This document shows positions 35,526 to 47,820 of a stretch of 53,903 nt of DNA, in pieces. The notes under the pieces are model-generated. The model worked only from the letters and a program-made list of their open reading frames with translations. It was not told where the DNA came from and did no database searches. The stretch is from Azolla caroliniana. Taxonomy: Eukaryota; Plantae; Polypodiophyta. A program made the position numbers and the translations under genes. Positions within the stretch are counted from its first letter, which is position 1; each line of letters opens with the position of its first letter. The stretch spans positions 1-53,903 of the forward strand of contig JBHGNT010000200.1 in assembly GCA_043228905.1 (NCBI GenBank). Reading direction: 5' to 3'.

Positions 35526-36300
35526 ATCATAATAAATGTTGAATCATCAGGAACCATGTAAACCAGTGGCTACTTCGACTGCTTAGTCTATTCAGGAATA
35601 TAAGAACAAAGTAGGCCAAATTGTGGAAGAATACTTTTCGACTGATAAGATTGCAGAGACCGCTGTTGAGCTGCGAGAGCTTGGCTCTTCAATGTATCAT
35701 CATTATTTCGTGAAGAAGCTCATCTCCATGTCCCTTGATCGACATGACCGAGAAAAGGAAATGGCAGCTATGTTGCTTTCTGCTCTTTATGTTGATGTCA
35801 TTCAGCCCGACCAAGTAATAAAAGGGTTTACTAAACTTGTAGAATCGTCTAATGACTTGGTGATTGACATACCAGATGCACTCGATATACTTGCTCTATT
35901 TGTGGCTAGAGCTATTGTTGATGATATTCTTCCTCCATCATTTATTCATAAAGTAACCCAAACTTTGCCCGAAGGATCGAAAGGTCATGATGTCATACAT
36001 AAAGTTGAGAAAAGCTACTTGTCACCACCTTTGCATGCTGAAATTGTAGAGCGTCGATGGGGGTGAAGCACACACATGACTGTTGAACTTGTTAAAAATA
36101 ACATAACTGCCCTTCTTAATGAGTATATCGAAAGTGGTGATAGAGAAGAGGCATGCAGGTGTATTCATGAGTGTGCCTTTCTTCCATCATGAGGTGGTAA
36201 AAAAAGCACTCATATTAGCCATGGAAAAGAGAAATTGTGAAGGTCTAATTTTCTCTCTACTCAAGGAAGGTTCTGATGAAGGATTGATAACATCTAGTCA
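35526..36300 (+). pseudogene. captured fragment of plant MA3-domain translation regulator (PDCD4/MRF-like)
   Basis: EEYFSTD..YFVKKLISMSLDRHDREKEMA..DLVIDIPDA..LALFVARAIVDDILPP..AEIVERRWG, then EYIESGD..EACRCI, VPFFHHEVVKKAL; in-frame stops and a frameshift. Confidence 0.88.
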
Positions 36301-36784
36301 TCGACGTGATTCATTGACTATGTTTCAAGTGGGAGATCAAGTATGGGTTATACAAGGTCACATTAAAGCAACTGGACCTTGCTGCAAATTGGATTATCAA
36401 CGTTTTCGCCCATATGTGATATGTGGTAAGATTAATGATGTGGCATTTTGCCTTGATCTTCCCCCTCATATGCATCTTCACCCGGTCTTCCATGTTTCAC
36501 TTTTGGAGCTGTACAAGACCAACTCTGTTGCAGGTCGGCTTACATCTCCCTCACTTCCAATTAAAGTTTCGAATGGCTTTGAATATGAAGTTGCTGCCAT
36601 TGTGGATTCCAAGATTGTTCGCAGCAAACTGTATTATTTTGTTGATTGGTTAGGATATTCACCTAATGATCGAACATGGGAACCTCTCGAGAATCTTGCT
36701 AATGCTTTCGAAATGGTTGCTTTGTTTCACAACAAATATCCCCATAAGCAAAGTCCGGAACACATTGTCGAAAAGGGAGGATAA
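36119..36784 (+). CDS. chimeric ORF: MA3 fragment fused to integrase C-terminus + chromodomain
   Basis: VPFFHHEVVKKALILAME..GLITSS|HRRDSLTMFQVGD..HPVFHVSLLE..YEVAAIVDSK..VDWLGYSPNDRTWEP; expression unknown. Confidence 0.4.
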   Translation: MSISKVVIEKRHAGVFMSVPFFHHEVVKKALILAMEKRNCEGLIFSLLKEGSDEGLITSSHRRDSLTMFQVGDQVWVIQGHIKATGPCCKLDYQRFRPYVICGKINDVAFCLDLPPHMHLHPVFHVSLLELYKTNSVAGRLTSPSLPIKVSNGFEYEVAAIVDSKIVRSKLYYFVDWLGYSPNDRTWEPLENLANAFEMVALFHNKYPHKQSPEHIVEKGG

Positions 36785-37129
36785 TGTCATGAAGACATAC
36801 ATTTTGGCCTTACAAGGATTCGAGCCCAAGACATCCTGGTCTATATGTTAGACCTTTAACCATTATAATAACATATATGATATATAATCATAATAAATAT
36901 ATTATTAGTTATTACAAGATATATAGAGTATTCTAGAATATTCTATGATTGTATTAAATATCATAAATATCTAGAATATTCTAGAACATTCTAGAATACT
37001 CCCTAAGGACCTAGAAATAGGTATCTATTCATCTATCATAACTCATTCGTTCAACACCAATCTTTAGCCCTTACCCTACTCTTTGTAACCTTGTTTCTTC
37101 ATAAAATAATCTCATTTCCATTCCAAGTC

Positions 37130-37170
<41 letters not shown>

Positions 37171-37190
37171 GGCGTGCTCGAGGGTCATGA

Positions 37191-39436
37191 TGTGGCGTGC
37201 TCGAGGGTGGGAAAAACCGGCGAAAGGGGGGGTCAGAAATGTGCATGTGCAATGTGTATGCACACAAATGCGATTAAGTGTGTATATGCAAAATAAAAAG
37301 GAAAAGAAAGGGTGAAAAGGAGGTATAGAAGCTCGTGCAAAAAGTAAGAGAGAGGAGAGATAAAAGGTAGAGGGGAGATAGGCTATAAATTTATAGAGAT
37401 AGAATTATATATTATATAAGAAAGAGTTAGTGGGCTAGTGAATAATCACATTGACTACTAGCTAGAGGTGCACGGTTTGAATTTGGACTTATAGTGTAGC
37501 GTGATTTAAGGAATTTTATTCCTTTTTCATTAAAGACAAATTTGGCGACCCCCCCTTCTTTTTTTCCTATAAAAGGAGGTCGAGGGGGGCTCATTCGGGA
37601 GGACGTTTTGGGAGGAGGAGACTATCACCAATTTTCCTTCGAAGCTCTTCATCTCCTTATTCACCACTTCTCTTCATCACATATCCCTTCATCCCCCCAT
37701 CGCCACGTGCTCGTCCTCTTCGCATCGGCACTTGAAGTGCTCGTTAGCCCAAACTTCGTTGGTTCGACATGCTCCACCCCGTTCGTCGTTGCGAGCCCGT
37801 TTGCTCGCCGTTAGGGAGGTCGTGGTTCGTTGGGATTGGCATTTTGGTGGTGCTCATGTGTTTATCTTCGCCGTGTTCGGATTTGCGTTTGTCTCTAAGG
37901 GCATTTAATATTTATGTTTTGATTGAGCTTGTGGTTAACTATAAGTTGCCATTGTAAACAGAACCCTATTTTATAAAGGGTTCTCATAAAGGCGTACGAG
38001 CATTTGTTTGTGTGTTTGTGTCTTCCATATACGTTCGACCGTCTTGTGATGAGGGAGCGTTTCGGGCGTGCCCATGCACCACTCCTCCTCATAAAGACTT
38101 ACGAGCATTTTGTGGGTGTGTTGTGTCTTCCTTGTATGTTCGGCCGTCTCGTGACGAGGGAGTGTTTCGGGCTCGCCCATGCACCTCTCCTCCTCATAAA
38201 GGCGTAAGAGCATTTTGTGCGTGTGTTTGTGTCTTCCTTGTACGTTCGGCCGTCTCGTGACGAGGGAGCATTTCGGGCTCGCCCATGCACCTCTCCTCCT
38301 CATAAAGGCGTACGAGCATTTGTGCAAGTGTTTTGTGTCTTCCTCGTACGTTCGACGTCTTGTGACGAGGAAGCGTCCGGGTGTGCCGATGCACCTCTCC
38401 TCCTCATAAAGATGTACGAACATTCATGTTTCTGTTATCGTCCCCTTGTGCGTTCATGTTGCGTGATCATCTTGCTTGTACCCGTTTGGTCACTTGGCTC
38501 GTGCGGTGATCTTGGAAGGTCGACGAGTCGTGATCAACGAGAGCCACCGACCTCACAAAACAAAGGGCAACGAGACCTTACTCGGGAAGGGGTCGGGAAG
38601 TAGTATTGTCGTAAAGCAAACCTCGGGTCTTCTCTATCCCTTGAGTACTCCCTAGTCCAAGACCCCCGTGGTCCCGCCCAAGTAACACACGTGCGCGAAA
38701 CTTCGCGACATAAATTGGTGAACCCGACTTGAAAGGGCGGCAAGGGAGAACCAAGATGCGAGGAGGAGAACTCGCTGAAGCGATGGCGGCGGCGTTGGAC
38801 CGCTTGGTAAATGCCCAAGAAGGCATCACCGGCCTAGACTAGGCCATAGAGACATTGGTAAGCACAACGGGCGGTTCAATGGAAGAGATATCACGAGCTA
38901 CTTGGATGCCTATAAGGCCGAAATGCTTATGCGAAATGTCCCCGAAGATAGGCAGCTAACTAGATTCCCTAGAGTGGTAACGCCGAGTATCCACGTGGAG
39001 GTACTCGAGATCCAAGCGGACTGTTGCAATTGGGTAGAGTTTGAAGAAAGACTCCTCGAGAAGTACGGCCTTGATGACTCACTCAGAATTTCGAAAAGGG
39101 ATCTAATGGAGTGGGTTGAGCTTCCCGGCAAGCGGAGAAATACTATGGTACTTTTACAAGAATTTGAGAAGCGCTTCGCGCGACTCTTGACGCTCGATAG
39201 GATGGTGCTTGACACAAGAAAGGTCCTACTATTCATAAAGATTATTGATGCATGAGACCGAGAGAAGGTGGGGTCCCTCCTCAAAACTGATGATGGGCTC
39301 ATGATGGATTGGGCTATGGTAAAACAGGTTTGTAGCCGCTTCAATAAGAGAAGGGAATTGAATGACGGGTCTCCGTTGAGCGGCCAAACATCCACAGGCT
39401 CCATTAGTGAGACACATGAAACCAGGGGTGGTAGAT
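37191..39436 (+). mobile_element. related Trp-primed gypsy element: ~1.5-kb 5' LTR (37191-38710), PBS, degenerate gag; truncated
   Basis: TGTGGCG...CGCGACA; TGGTGAACCCGAC at 38716; gag YKAEMLMRNVPEDR homologous to 1175-2374. Confidence 0.78.
37983..38430. repeat. ~105-bp tandem repeat x4 inside the LTR
   Basis: CTCATAAAG starts at 37983, 38088, 38193, 38299, 38403. Confidence 0.9.
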
Positions 39437-42400
39437 GGTTGAGAATCAAGCTCAAGTTGGTATAGTGTGTGAACTCACCTTGAGAGTGAAGAGACACTCC
39501 AATGGTCAAGAGTCACCATTATGTCACCACTTTGTATTCTAGCATTAAGTATGAGTCATAGAATCATATTCTATGACACATAACTTATGAGCTTTCACAT
39601 TCCCCATGCTCCATGAGTCTTGTAGTCAATGAAGAGAGAGGGTGACTACATAAAGCACCCTCCTCCCACCTTGTATAATGTTGAGTCTTTCTCCTTTGTC
39701 AATAGACTTTTACCTTGCGTATTCTCTGTGTTTCACTCACACACACACACTCTCTCTCTCTCTCTTACACACACACATAACTCACATCTCTTCCGCTTCA
39801 CAAGAATCTATCTCTTGATTCTTTACATGGTATCAGAGCGATTTGGTAGCTCGATCTAGCCCATTCGCCTCATCGTGATCGTGTGTTGTGCTTTATGCCG
39901 ACGACCAAGAACCGGGTCATAGCTATCTATGCGCAAGCTTGACCACAACCGAGCTTAGAATCATACATAGAAAAACATGGAATGAAACCGACGACACAGT
40001 GAAGAGAAGAGTACACAGGATGTTTACGTTGAAAACCCAAACTAGCAAAAAACCACGACAGCCAACAGACTACAAACTATCACTATATCACAATGGTTAC
40101 AACAGTGAGCTCACGGAGGCAACGACCTCGCGCTCACGATCTTCGCCACAGGTGGCGGTTACAACAGAGGCAACGACCTCTTCCTCTCTCTCTCTCTCTC
40201 TCTGTACACTGTTACGCGCTCTCTAGTCTTGCACCAACAAGAATGACAACAACCACAAAAGAGTTTGCCCTAAGTCATATTTATACTAATATGACTTTCT
40301 GGCTATTTACAAATATAGCCCCAATGGACTGTCAGAAACATATTTACGAATATGTCCCTTCTTCCGGTGACCACTCCTTACCGGGCCTGCATCATTCGGC
40401 GCTTGCCGGGCACATGTCATCCGGTTCTCACCGGGTCTTCCGTTGCGGGGTACTCGTCATCCGGTTCTCACGAGGTCTATTCTCATTAGTACTATTCTCC
40501 TCGCTTCCCATCCGGAGGGACCTGTTTCCTGACAGCAGCTCCCGGATACGCGACATGGGAGCAAGCCGCAAGCCGCGTGATGTATTGTTTGGCGACATGT
40601 GTTCACGACCACATGCTCAGTTACATTCGAGAAGCCAAGACGTTGAAGGAAGCGTGGGAAAATCTAGGAAAGATTTTCGCCGCCAACACGACCACGAGGA
40701 AGCTTCAACTCCGCCAAGAGTTGAACAATATTCAACAAAGGGACATGTCCATCACGACATACACCTTGAAGATCAAGGAGCTTTGCGACTCGCTCGGCTC
40801 AATAAGCGTAAGTATAGATGATGATGAGATGGTGCAAATATGCCTCGGCGGCCTCGCACCACGGTTCGGCGCGATGCGAACCGCCATTCTAGCTCAGGAG
40901 AAATCTCCCTCCTTCTTCAAGCTCCAATAAATGTTATTGGTCGAAGAAAACCATGTGCGTACAAGGAGCAATGAGTCGGAAGGCCACATGCTCTACACGC
41001 ACTCTAATGGAGGAAGAGGACGCGGACGAGCGAGAGGCCGATTCGGCCAAGGACAAGGCGGACGAGGTTCGACCTACGAGAACAACTCCCAATTTTGGCC
41101 GCAAAACGGAGGCCAACGAGGAACCTTCGCAAGAAGGGGGAGCTTCCACTCCGGCCCAAGCAGTCAAAACTCAACCGAATGCGGATATCGCGGAAAGCTC
41201 GGCCACCACGAAGAAGAGTGCCGAAAGAAGATGCATGAATCGGCTTCCACAAGCCACAACTCACGAATTATGCACAAAACTCCGACTACGAAGATCATGG
41301 CGGAATGTATGCACACAACTCCGACCGTGGCGGAATGTTCATGATGAAACATAGAGCAAACTCTATGTCAGCCGCTACCTCAACTAGTGCCTACAGTCCG
41401 AAAGACGTATGGTTCGTCGATTCCAGTGCCTCGAACCATATGACATCGAATCAAGAATGGTTACAAGAACTTCGAGAGCCGGACTGACCTGGCTATGTCG
41501 AAACCGGAGACGACACTACGCACCCGATTCGGCACATTGGAATTGTTCCGTTCGGAAAATAAGCTAAGCAAAATTACATTAAAAATGTCTTGCATGTACC
41601 AACCATTATGGAGAATTTGGTCTCCGTCGACCAAATTGTAGAGCAAGGGATGCAAGTTTGATTTAATCAAGGCAGTTACTTCATCGAAAAAGAGGGCCGA
41701 CTCATCGCACGCGGACGAAGAGAGGACCGGATGTTCATTCTCGATTCACGCGAGATGAAATCCGCCATGTTCGCGAAAAACATGAAAGCTGACTCCGACA
41801 TAGAGCTATGGCACAAGCGAATCGGCCACATCAATCTTAACAAACTCAAAGCAATGAAATCGAAAGGAGTCGTCATCGGACTCCCGACATTCAAAGAGAA
41901 GGAGATTGAAGGTGTATGGGAAGCGTGTCAATTCGGCAAGCAACACCGACACCCATTCCCGAAAGAGCGGAACGTGAGCAAAGGTCTACTCGACGTAGTC
42001 CATTCCGACGTATGGGGACCGGCGCAAACGGCTACATTCGGCGGATGCCGATATTACGTGCTCTTCATCGACGACTTCTCTAGGCACACTTGGATCTACC
42101 CGATACGGCAAAAGAGTGAAGTGTTCAGACACTTCCAAAATTTTAACAATGAAGTCGAGAAAGCCACGGGCCGACATGTACGATGCCTTCGATCAGATGG
42201 CGGCAAGGAGTACTTCTCGGACGATTTCACGGTGTATCTCCGAAAGGAAGGAATTCGGTGAAAATTCACTTGCCGACACACTCCGCAACAAAACGGAGTA
42301 GCCGAGCGCAAAAATCATCACATCCTCGAAGTAGCACGGGCCATGATGAACGAGAAGCATATGCCCAAGTCATATTGGGCCGAAGCTGCAAATACGACTG

Positions 42401-42702
42401 TCTACCTAATGCCACTTTGTATTCTGGCATTTAGTATGAGTCATAGAATCATATTCTATGACACATAACTTATGAGCTTTCACATTCCCCATGCTCCATG
42501 AGTCTTGTAGTTAATGAAGAGAGAGGGTGACTACATAAAGCACCCTCCTCCCACCTTGTATAATGTTGAGTCTTTCTCCTTTGTCAATAGACTTTTACCT
42601 TGCGTATTCTCTGTGTTTAACTCTCTCTCTCTCTCTCTCTTACACACACACATAACTCACATCTCTTCCACTTCACACGAATCCATCTCTTGATTGTTTA
42701 CA
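39437..42702 (+). mobile_element. copia element: 5' LTR (39437-39827), tRNA-iMet PBS, degenerate gag-PR-IN, RT/RH deleted, partial 3' LTR (42411-42702)
   Basis: TGGTATCAGAGC at 39828; gag YTLKIKELCDSL; WFVDSSASNHMT; LWHKRIGH, VHSDVWGP, FIDDFSR, LRSDGGKEY; integrase fused to LTR interior. Confidence 0.9.
39890..40534 (-). mobile_element. unrelated LTR-like piece replacing the copia gag start (left limit uncertain)
   Basis: ends ...TGACA where the gag frame abruptly begins; GAAAACCC...AAAAACCACG motif also seen at 19640-19670. Confidence 0.4.
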
Positions 42703-44475
42703 CAAATATTATCTATCTAAGCATGCTAATAAAGCAGAAAAGAGGTCTATTATAAGTCTTTATTCTTTGGGTAGCGATACGATTTAAGTGTTGACAAGTA
42801 TGTTTGTGCACATACATTTGAATACTATTGAGATATTTAATGTTTAAAGCACAGAAGCTCAATGTTAGTAAACGATTTCCACAACTTAGTAAAAGAATCT
42901 CGACAATTGCAGGCTTCGAACCTACGAGGGCGAACACATTTGATTTCAAATCAACCGCCTTAACTACTCGGCCAAATTGCCATTTTTTGTTGGCTTTTAT
43001 GAGATAGTACAACCACCATAAGCACTCGGGCAAAGTGTTTCTAGTTTTCATGAATCGATTTGAGTATTGTCCACACTAAAATCCTAGAGATATTATCTAT
43101 CTAATGCTTGATAATAAGCGAACCAAAACGCTAGAAAGAGTAGTTATTCTTAAGGTAATACTACTATTTATGTGTTCACTAGTAGGTTATCGCAATTATA
43201 TTTCACTATGTGAGCTTGTGTTTACGATACCTACGGAAGCCAATGTTCAAAAATGCATCTTAGAAAGTTTAGTTTTCTCTGTGTGGTGACCAATGCTTTC
43301 TAAGATGGAATATTTATTGTTGAGCACAAGTCAAGCTCGATATAAGTTACTAGCAATAATACCTAAGTGCAAAAAATCTGGACAACTGCAATATTTGAAT
43401 TTACGAGGAAGAACCCATTTGATTTCAAGTCAAATACCTTAACCACTCGGCCAAATTGTCATACTAGCTTTATATTGCGAAAATTGTTCCATGGGACTTA
43501 AGAAGTTATGCTTGTGTGCGTGTCACATTGCTAAGACGGAAGATGCATTGGTTCACATCACAAAATATCGATGTTATTGAAAGTAGTCAACAACTAACTG
43601 AAACAAAGTCGACAAATGTAGTATTCGATCATACGAGGGCGAACGCATTGGATTTCTAGTCAAACGCCTTAACCACTCAGCCAAGTTGTCCTATTTTGCT
43701 CTTTGTCATAGTTACATATTTTAGTATTGGTTGTAATTAAATGTAGAAAATATTATATATCTAGGCATGCTAATAAAGCAGAGAAGAGGACTAGTATAAG
43801 TCTTTATTCTTTGGGTAGCAATATGATTTAAGTGTTGACAAGTATGTTAGTGAACATACATTTAAATACTATTGGGATATTTAATGTTCAAAGCACAAAA
43901 GCTCAATGTTAGTAAATAGTTTCCACAATATAGTAAAAGAATCTCGACAATTGCAAGATTTGAACCTACAAGGGCGAACCCATATGATTTCAAGTCAAAC
44001 GCCTTAACCACTCGGCCAAATTGCCATATCTGGTTAGCTTCTACCATGAAATAATACAATTATTAATATTTTGGGCAATCCGTGTAATGATTATCTTAGT
44101 TGGCGTTATGTTAATGCAAAAATATTCGGTTATATTAGGAAATTTTGAAAATATGGAGTCGGGCTAATATTGACACATTTGGCTCTAGGGGTTAAATATT
44201 CATGATAGATGTCACCTCTCTAAATTGGGATATGTATTGGTTTGCCACACAATGACTTGATGTAAATCAACGACGACAACATCAAAGATTCTAAAAGAAA
44301 GTCTACAAATGTAGGATTCCAAGCTCCAAGAAGCAAACATTTGATTTTGAATCAACCACCATAAGTAGTCAGGAAAATTGTTTCTAGTTTTCATGAATTG
44401 ATTTGAGTGTTGTGCACATGAAAATGTTGGAGATACTATCTATCTAAGCTTGATAATAAGCAAACCAAAAACGCA
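42703..44475 (-). repeat. tRNA-Ser-derived array, block 5 (older paralogue of 4795-6565)
   Basis: units 42901-42981 (TGA), 43380-43460 (TGA; CGA in paralogue), 43610-43690 (AGA), 43945-44025 (TGA). Confidence 0.9.
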
Positions 44476-44817
44476 ACGATGGAGTTGTGGAACTACTGCT
44501 TGGCAATCCCGAGCACCTCCCGCAACGACAGTTCCACCTTGCTGTCGAGGATTCGTTCTTCCAGGACCTTTCATAGGTCTGTGGTCCTTTCGATCTCCGT
44601 GCCCAAACGGTATCCGCCCTTCTTGTGGTTATCCCGGGCACTGGACTCACCGGCCTCGTTCCGTTTCAGCCCGAATCGGGTTTCGTATCTTTGTGAGGGT
44701 CCGGCCCCTTTTGATTTTACCTACCCGTTTGTCTTCAACCAGAGCCTCATAGTTCTGGCAAGCTGCTTCGACGAAACCCGTCTTTTCTTCGACTGGGTCA
44801 CTCCACCCAGTTACCTC

Positions 44818-46017
44818 CTAGACCCGCTTCTCCGCGCGGTCCGCCTCGTCTCTCTTCAGTCGGGCACCGACGAGGCCTTCCAGCACCGTCGGCCAGAACT
44901 CGGCTTTGCTCTCCTTCCGGGCCTCGCTGCTTCCGACCCGAATACCGGCTGACGCTGAGTAGTGGACGGTCTCCGCGTGCCGGGCTGCCGCCTCTTCCAT
45001 CAGCCTTTTCATTCCTCCTCGCCCGTCGTTTCGGTTCAGGGCTCTCCGGGTATCGTTGGCGTGCACCCGACCTTCCCATAGGTACACTACCCGGCTTCTC
45101 AAAGCCTCCATAAAGTCCCCGCAGTCTTCCCATAGGTACACTACCTCGTCGCACCACATGGACCTACTTCCTGCCGGAGGCCGTCGGTCACGAGCCTGAT
45201 CGCCGCCTTCCCTCCAAGCCTGGGCGATCTGGAGATCCTTTACCGCTCGTGTCAACTCCTCCAGAGCTGTTCCCCCGGACGAGCCTCTGATCACGCCGGT
45301 CGAAGAAGAACCGGTTTCGAGCCACTCCCGGGTCTCTTCCCTTCGCGCTTGCGGTATCGGTTCGAGCTTCCTTGCTACGACAGGTCCCGCCCCGGTCGCC
45401 TCTGTATCAGCCCACTCCCACCGTTTGTCAAAATGGCCGCAGACTCTCTTTACCGCGGCCCAGTCGGTCGTCAGTCCGTCTTCGGTTTCTGGTAAGGAGC
45501 CAACTTGCCCCCGATCCCATGCATTAACCGATTTGACAAACAGTAGGACATGACTTGTGTCCAGAACGGTCCGATCGAGCGCCGAAAGGTGCGCAAAGCG
45601 TTCCTCAAACTCCCGGAGGAGTACCGACGCATTTCTTCCTTTGTTGGGGGACTCCACCCACTCCATGAAGCTCCGCTTCGAAAGTCGAAGCGCGTCATCC
45701 AACCCGTATTTCTCCAGGAGCCGTCCTTCGAACTCCTCCCATGTCCGGCTCTCCGCCCGGACCTCGAGCACCTTCGCATGGATGCCTGGCATCGCCACTC
45801 GAGGGAATTCGGCAAGACGCCTCTCTTCCGGAATATCCCTCATCAACATCTCCGCCCGGTAGGACGCCAAATAACTCGTGGCATCCATTCCACTGAACCG
45901 GCCGATCATACCGACGATCGCCTCAATAGCCCTGTTAAGGGCGCCGGTGCCCTCGCCCGCGCTCACTATCCGGTCCACGGTCGAAGCCATGGCCTCTGCA
46001 AGATCCGACCCCCTCAT
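44818..46017 (-). CDS. gypsy gag (duplicate of 1175-2374)
   Basis: identical translation. Confidence 0.7.
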   Translation of the reverse strand: MRGSDLAEAMASTVDRIVSAGEGTGALNRAIEAIVGMIGRFSGMDATSYLASYRAEMLMRDIPEERRLAEFPRVAMPGIHAKVLEVRAESRTWEEFEGRLLEKYGLDDALRLSKRSFMEWVESPNKGRNASVLLREFEERFAHLSALDRTVLDTSHVLLFVKSVNAWDRGQVGSLPETEDGLTTDWAAVKRVCGHFDKRWEWADTEATGAGPVVARKLEPIPQARREETREWLETGSSSTGVIRGSSGGTALEELTRAVKDLQIAQAWREGGDQARDRRPPAGSRSMWCDEVVYLWEDCGDFMEALRSRVVYLWEGRVHANDTRRALNRNDGRGGMKRLMEEAAARHAETVHYSASAGIRVGSSEARKESKAEFWPTVLEGLVGARLKRDEADRAEKRV

Positions 46018-46767
46018 CTTCTGCTCCTCTGCCGCTTGCTTCACGTCGGGTTCACCAAATATGTCGCGTTGTTACGCGCGTGTGTGGAGAGACGAGGCGG
46101 GACCACCGGGGTCTTGAACCGAAGAGCAGGTGAATGAAGGGGAAAGAGAAAGAGAGCGACGCCCGGTCATGTATGAGCAAAGAAACACAAGGGGGGGGGG
46201 CACGGCCCGTCAAGACAGAAGACGCGAATGGACACAGAGATAGGGAGACACAAGTGTTTGTATATTAACGAATATCAAGTACACAACAGAGCATGCGAGT
46301 GGTTACAACCGAACAAGCCGACGAACAGATGCCGACGCCTGTTCGTCTGCGCACGAAAGGAGAAAAGGGTGGAGGTGCTGCCGGAAGCACACGGGCGTTC
46401 CTCGAAGCAACGCGAGCCTCCCGAAACCCTGTAGAGAAGAGCGATGGGGAACGAACAGAGGAGAAGCGTTCGGTTCCAGTCCGATAGCACTTCGTCCTCA
46501 ATGCGCGATGACTTTCTCCCTGTGTCTCCCTCTCCTTTATAGCGTCAAGAAGGGAGCCGTCTCCCTCATTTACTTCCTACCTACCGAATCTAACTACCCA
46601 GGATATCTCTATGTACCTAATTCTCTATTATATACATTAAGAGCGCGCACACGTGAAGGGCCGGTTCATGGGCGCTATTCACCGATTGCACCAAGGGACG
46701 GTTTTCTTCATGACAGCGTGCTTGGCATTCGAAGATAACGCAATATCTTCATCAAATCGGCTTCCGT

Positions 46768-47820
46768 ATGTCAAAATCGAACAACTCCCTCTACATACGA
46801 AGCGATTCCGCAACTCCGATCGTCATCATCTTATATGTGGATGACCTAGTCATTGGAGGTGAGCATCTCGTCGAAATCAATAAGGTCAAATCCCTCCTTT
46901 CCGACAAGTTCGAGATGACGGACATGCAGGAGCTCCACCAATTCCTCGACATTGAGGTAATTCGGACTCCGGCCGGAATCATGATCTCCAAACGGCACTA
47001 CATCCTCAACTTACTGTACATGTTCGGGATGGTTGAGTGCAAATCCGTGGCAACCCTGCTCGATCGTAATCTCAAAATAGATGCGAACTCCGACACCAAA
47101 GTGTGTGAACCAACTCAGTATCGGCAACTCATCGGGAGTCTCATCTACCTCACGATCACACGACCCGATCTTAGTTATCCGGTTGGTCTCCTTAGCCAAT
47201 TCATGCAAACACCGCATGATACTCACTTGGATTGCGCTAAGCGAGTTCTACGCTATGTGAGCGGCACAATGGATTGCGGCATCCTCTACAAGATCGCGAT
47301 GCCAATACGACTTGAGGTGTACACATATGCCGATTGGGCAGGCTACAAAGCTGATAGAAGATCAACCTCCGGATTTGTTTTCTTCCTCGGCAGCGGAGCA
47401 ATATCCTGGAGTAGTAAGAAGCAGCCTACCGTCGCTCTTTCGAGTACGGAGGCGGAATACAGGGGCACAACCGTAGCTGCGTGTGAAGTCGTATGGCTCA
47501 AGAGGATTTTGAAGGATTTGGGCGTACCCATCAAGGATCCGACTTCCCTTTATTGCAACAACATGAGCAGTATCTATCTGGCTCGGAACCCGGTGTTCCA
47601 CGCGCGGACAAAGCACATCGAAGTGCACTATCACTTCATCCGAGAGCGCGTTCTGGCTGGCGATGTCGATCTACAACACATTAGCACCAATCTTCAAACG
47701 ACCGACATCTTCACCAAAGCCTTAGGAGCCGACAAGCTATGCCAATTCATGACCGATCTCGGATTGACGATCCCTGATCTGCCAAGCTTGAGGGGGAGTA
47801 CTAAAGACACTACACAATAA
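46768..47820 (+). CDS. copia RT-RNase H (duplicate of 3125-4177)
   Basis: identical translation. Confidence 0.92.
   Translation: MSKSNNSLYIRSDSATPIVIILYVDDLVIGGEHLVEINKVKSLLSDKFEMTDMQELHQFLDIEVIRTPAGIMISKRHYILNLLYMFGMVECKSVATLLDRNLKIDANSDTKVCEPTQYRQLIGSLIYLTITRPDLSYPVGLLSQFMQTPHDTHLDCAKRVLRYVSGTMDCGILYKIAMPIRLEVYTYADWAGYKADRRSTSGFVFFLGSGAISWSSKKQPTVALSSTEAEYRGTTVAACEVVWLKRILKDLGVPIKDPTSLYCNNMSSIYLARNPVFHARTKHIEVHYHFIRERVLAGDVDLQHISTNLQTTDIFTKALGADKLCQFMTDLGLTIPDLPSLRGSTKDTTQ

Larger units (their letters stand above)
34720..37168. mobile_element. rearranged Tcn1-like chromovirus (copy 2) carrying a captured MA3 gene fragment; 3' LTR from 36785
   Basis: same tRNA junction and same inversion junction as 8234-10500. 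Confidence 0.85.

Noticed and set aside
35623-36066. Functional host MA3 gene
   Set aside because: Internal fragment only, bounded by in-frame stops and a frameshift, embedded in a retrotransposon
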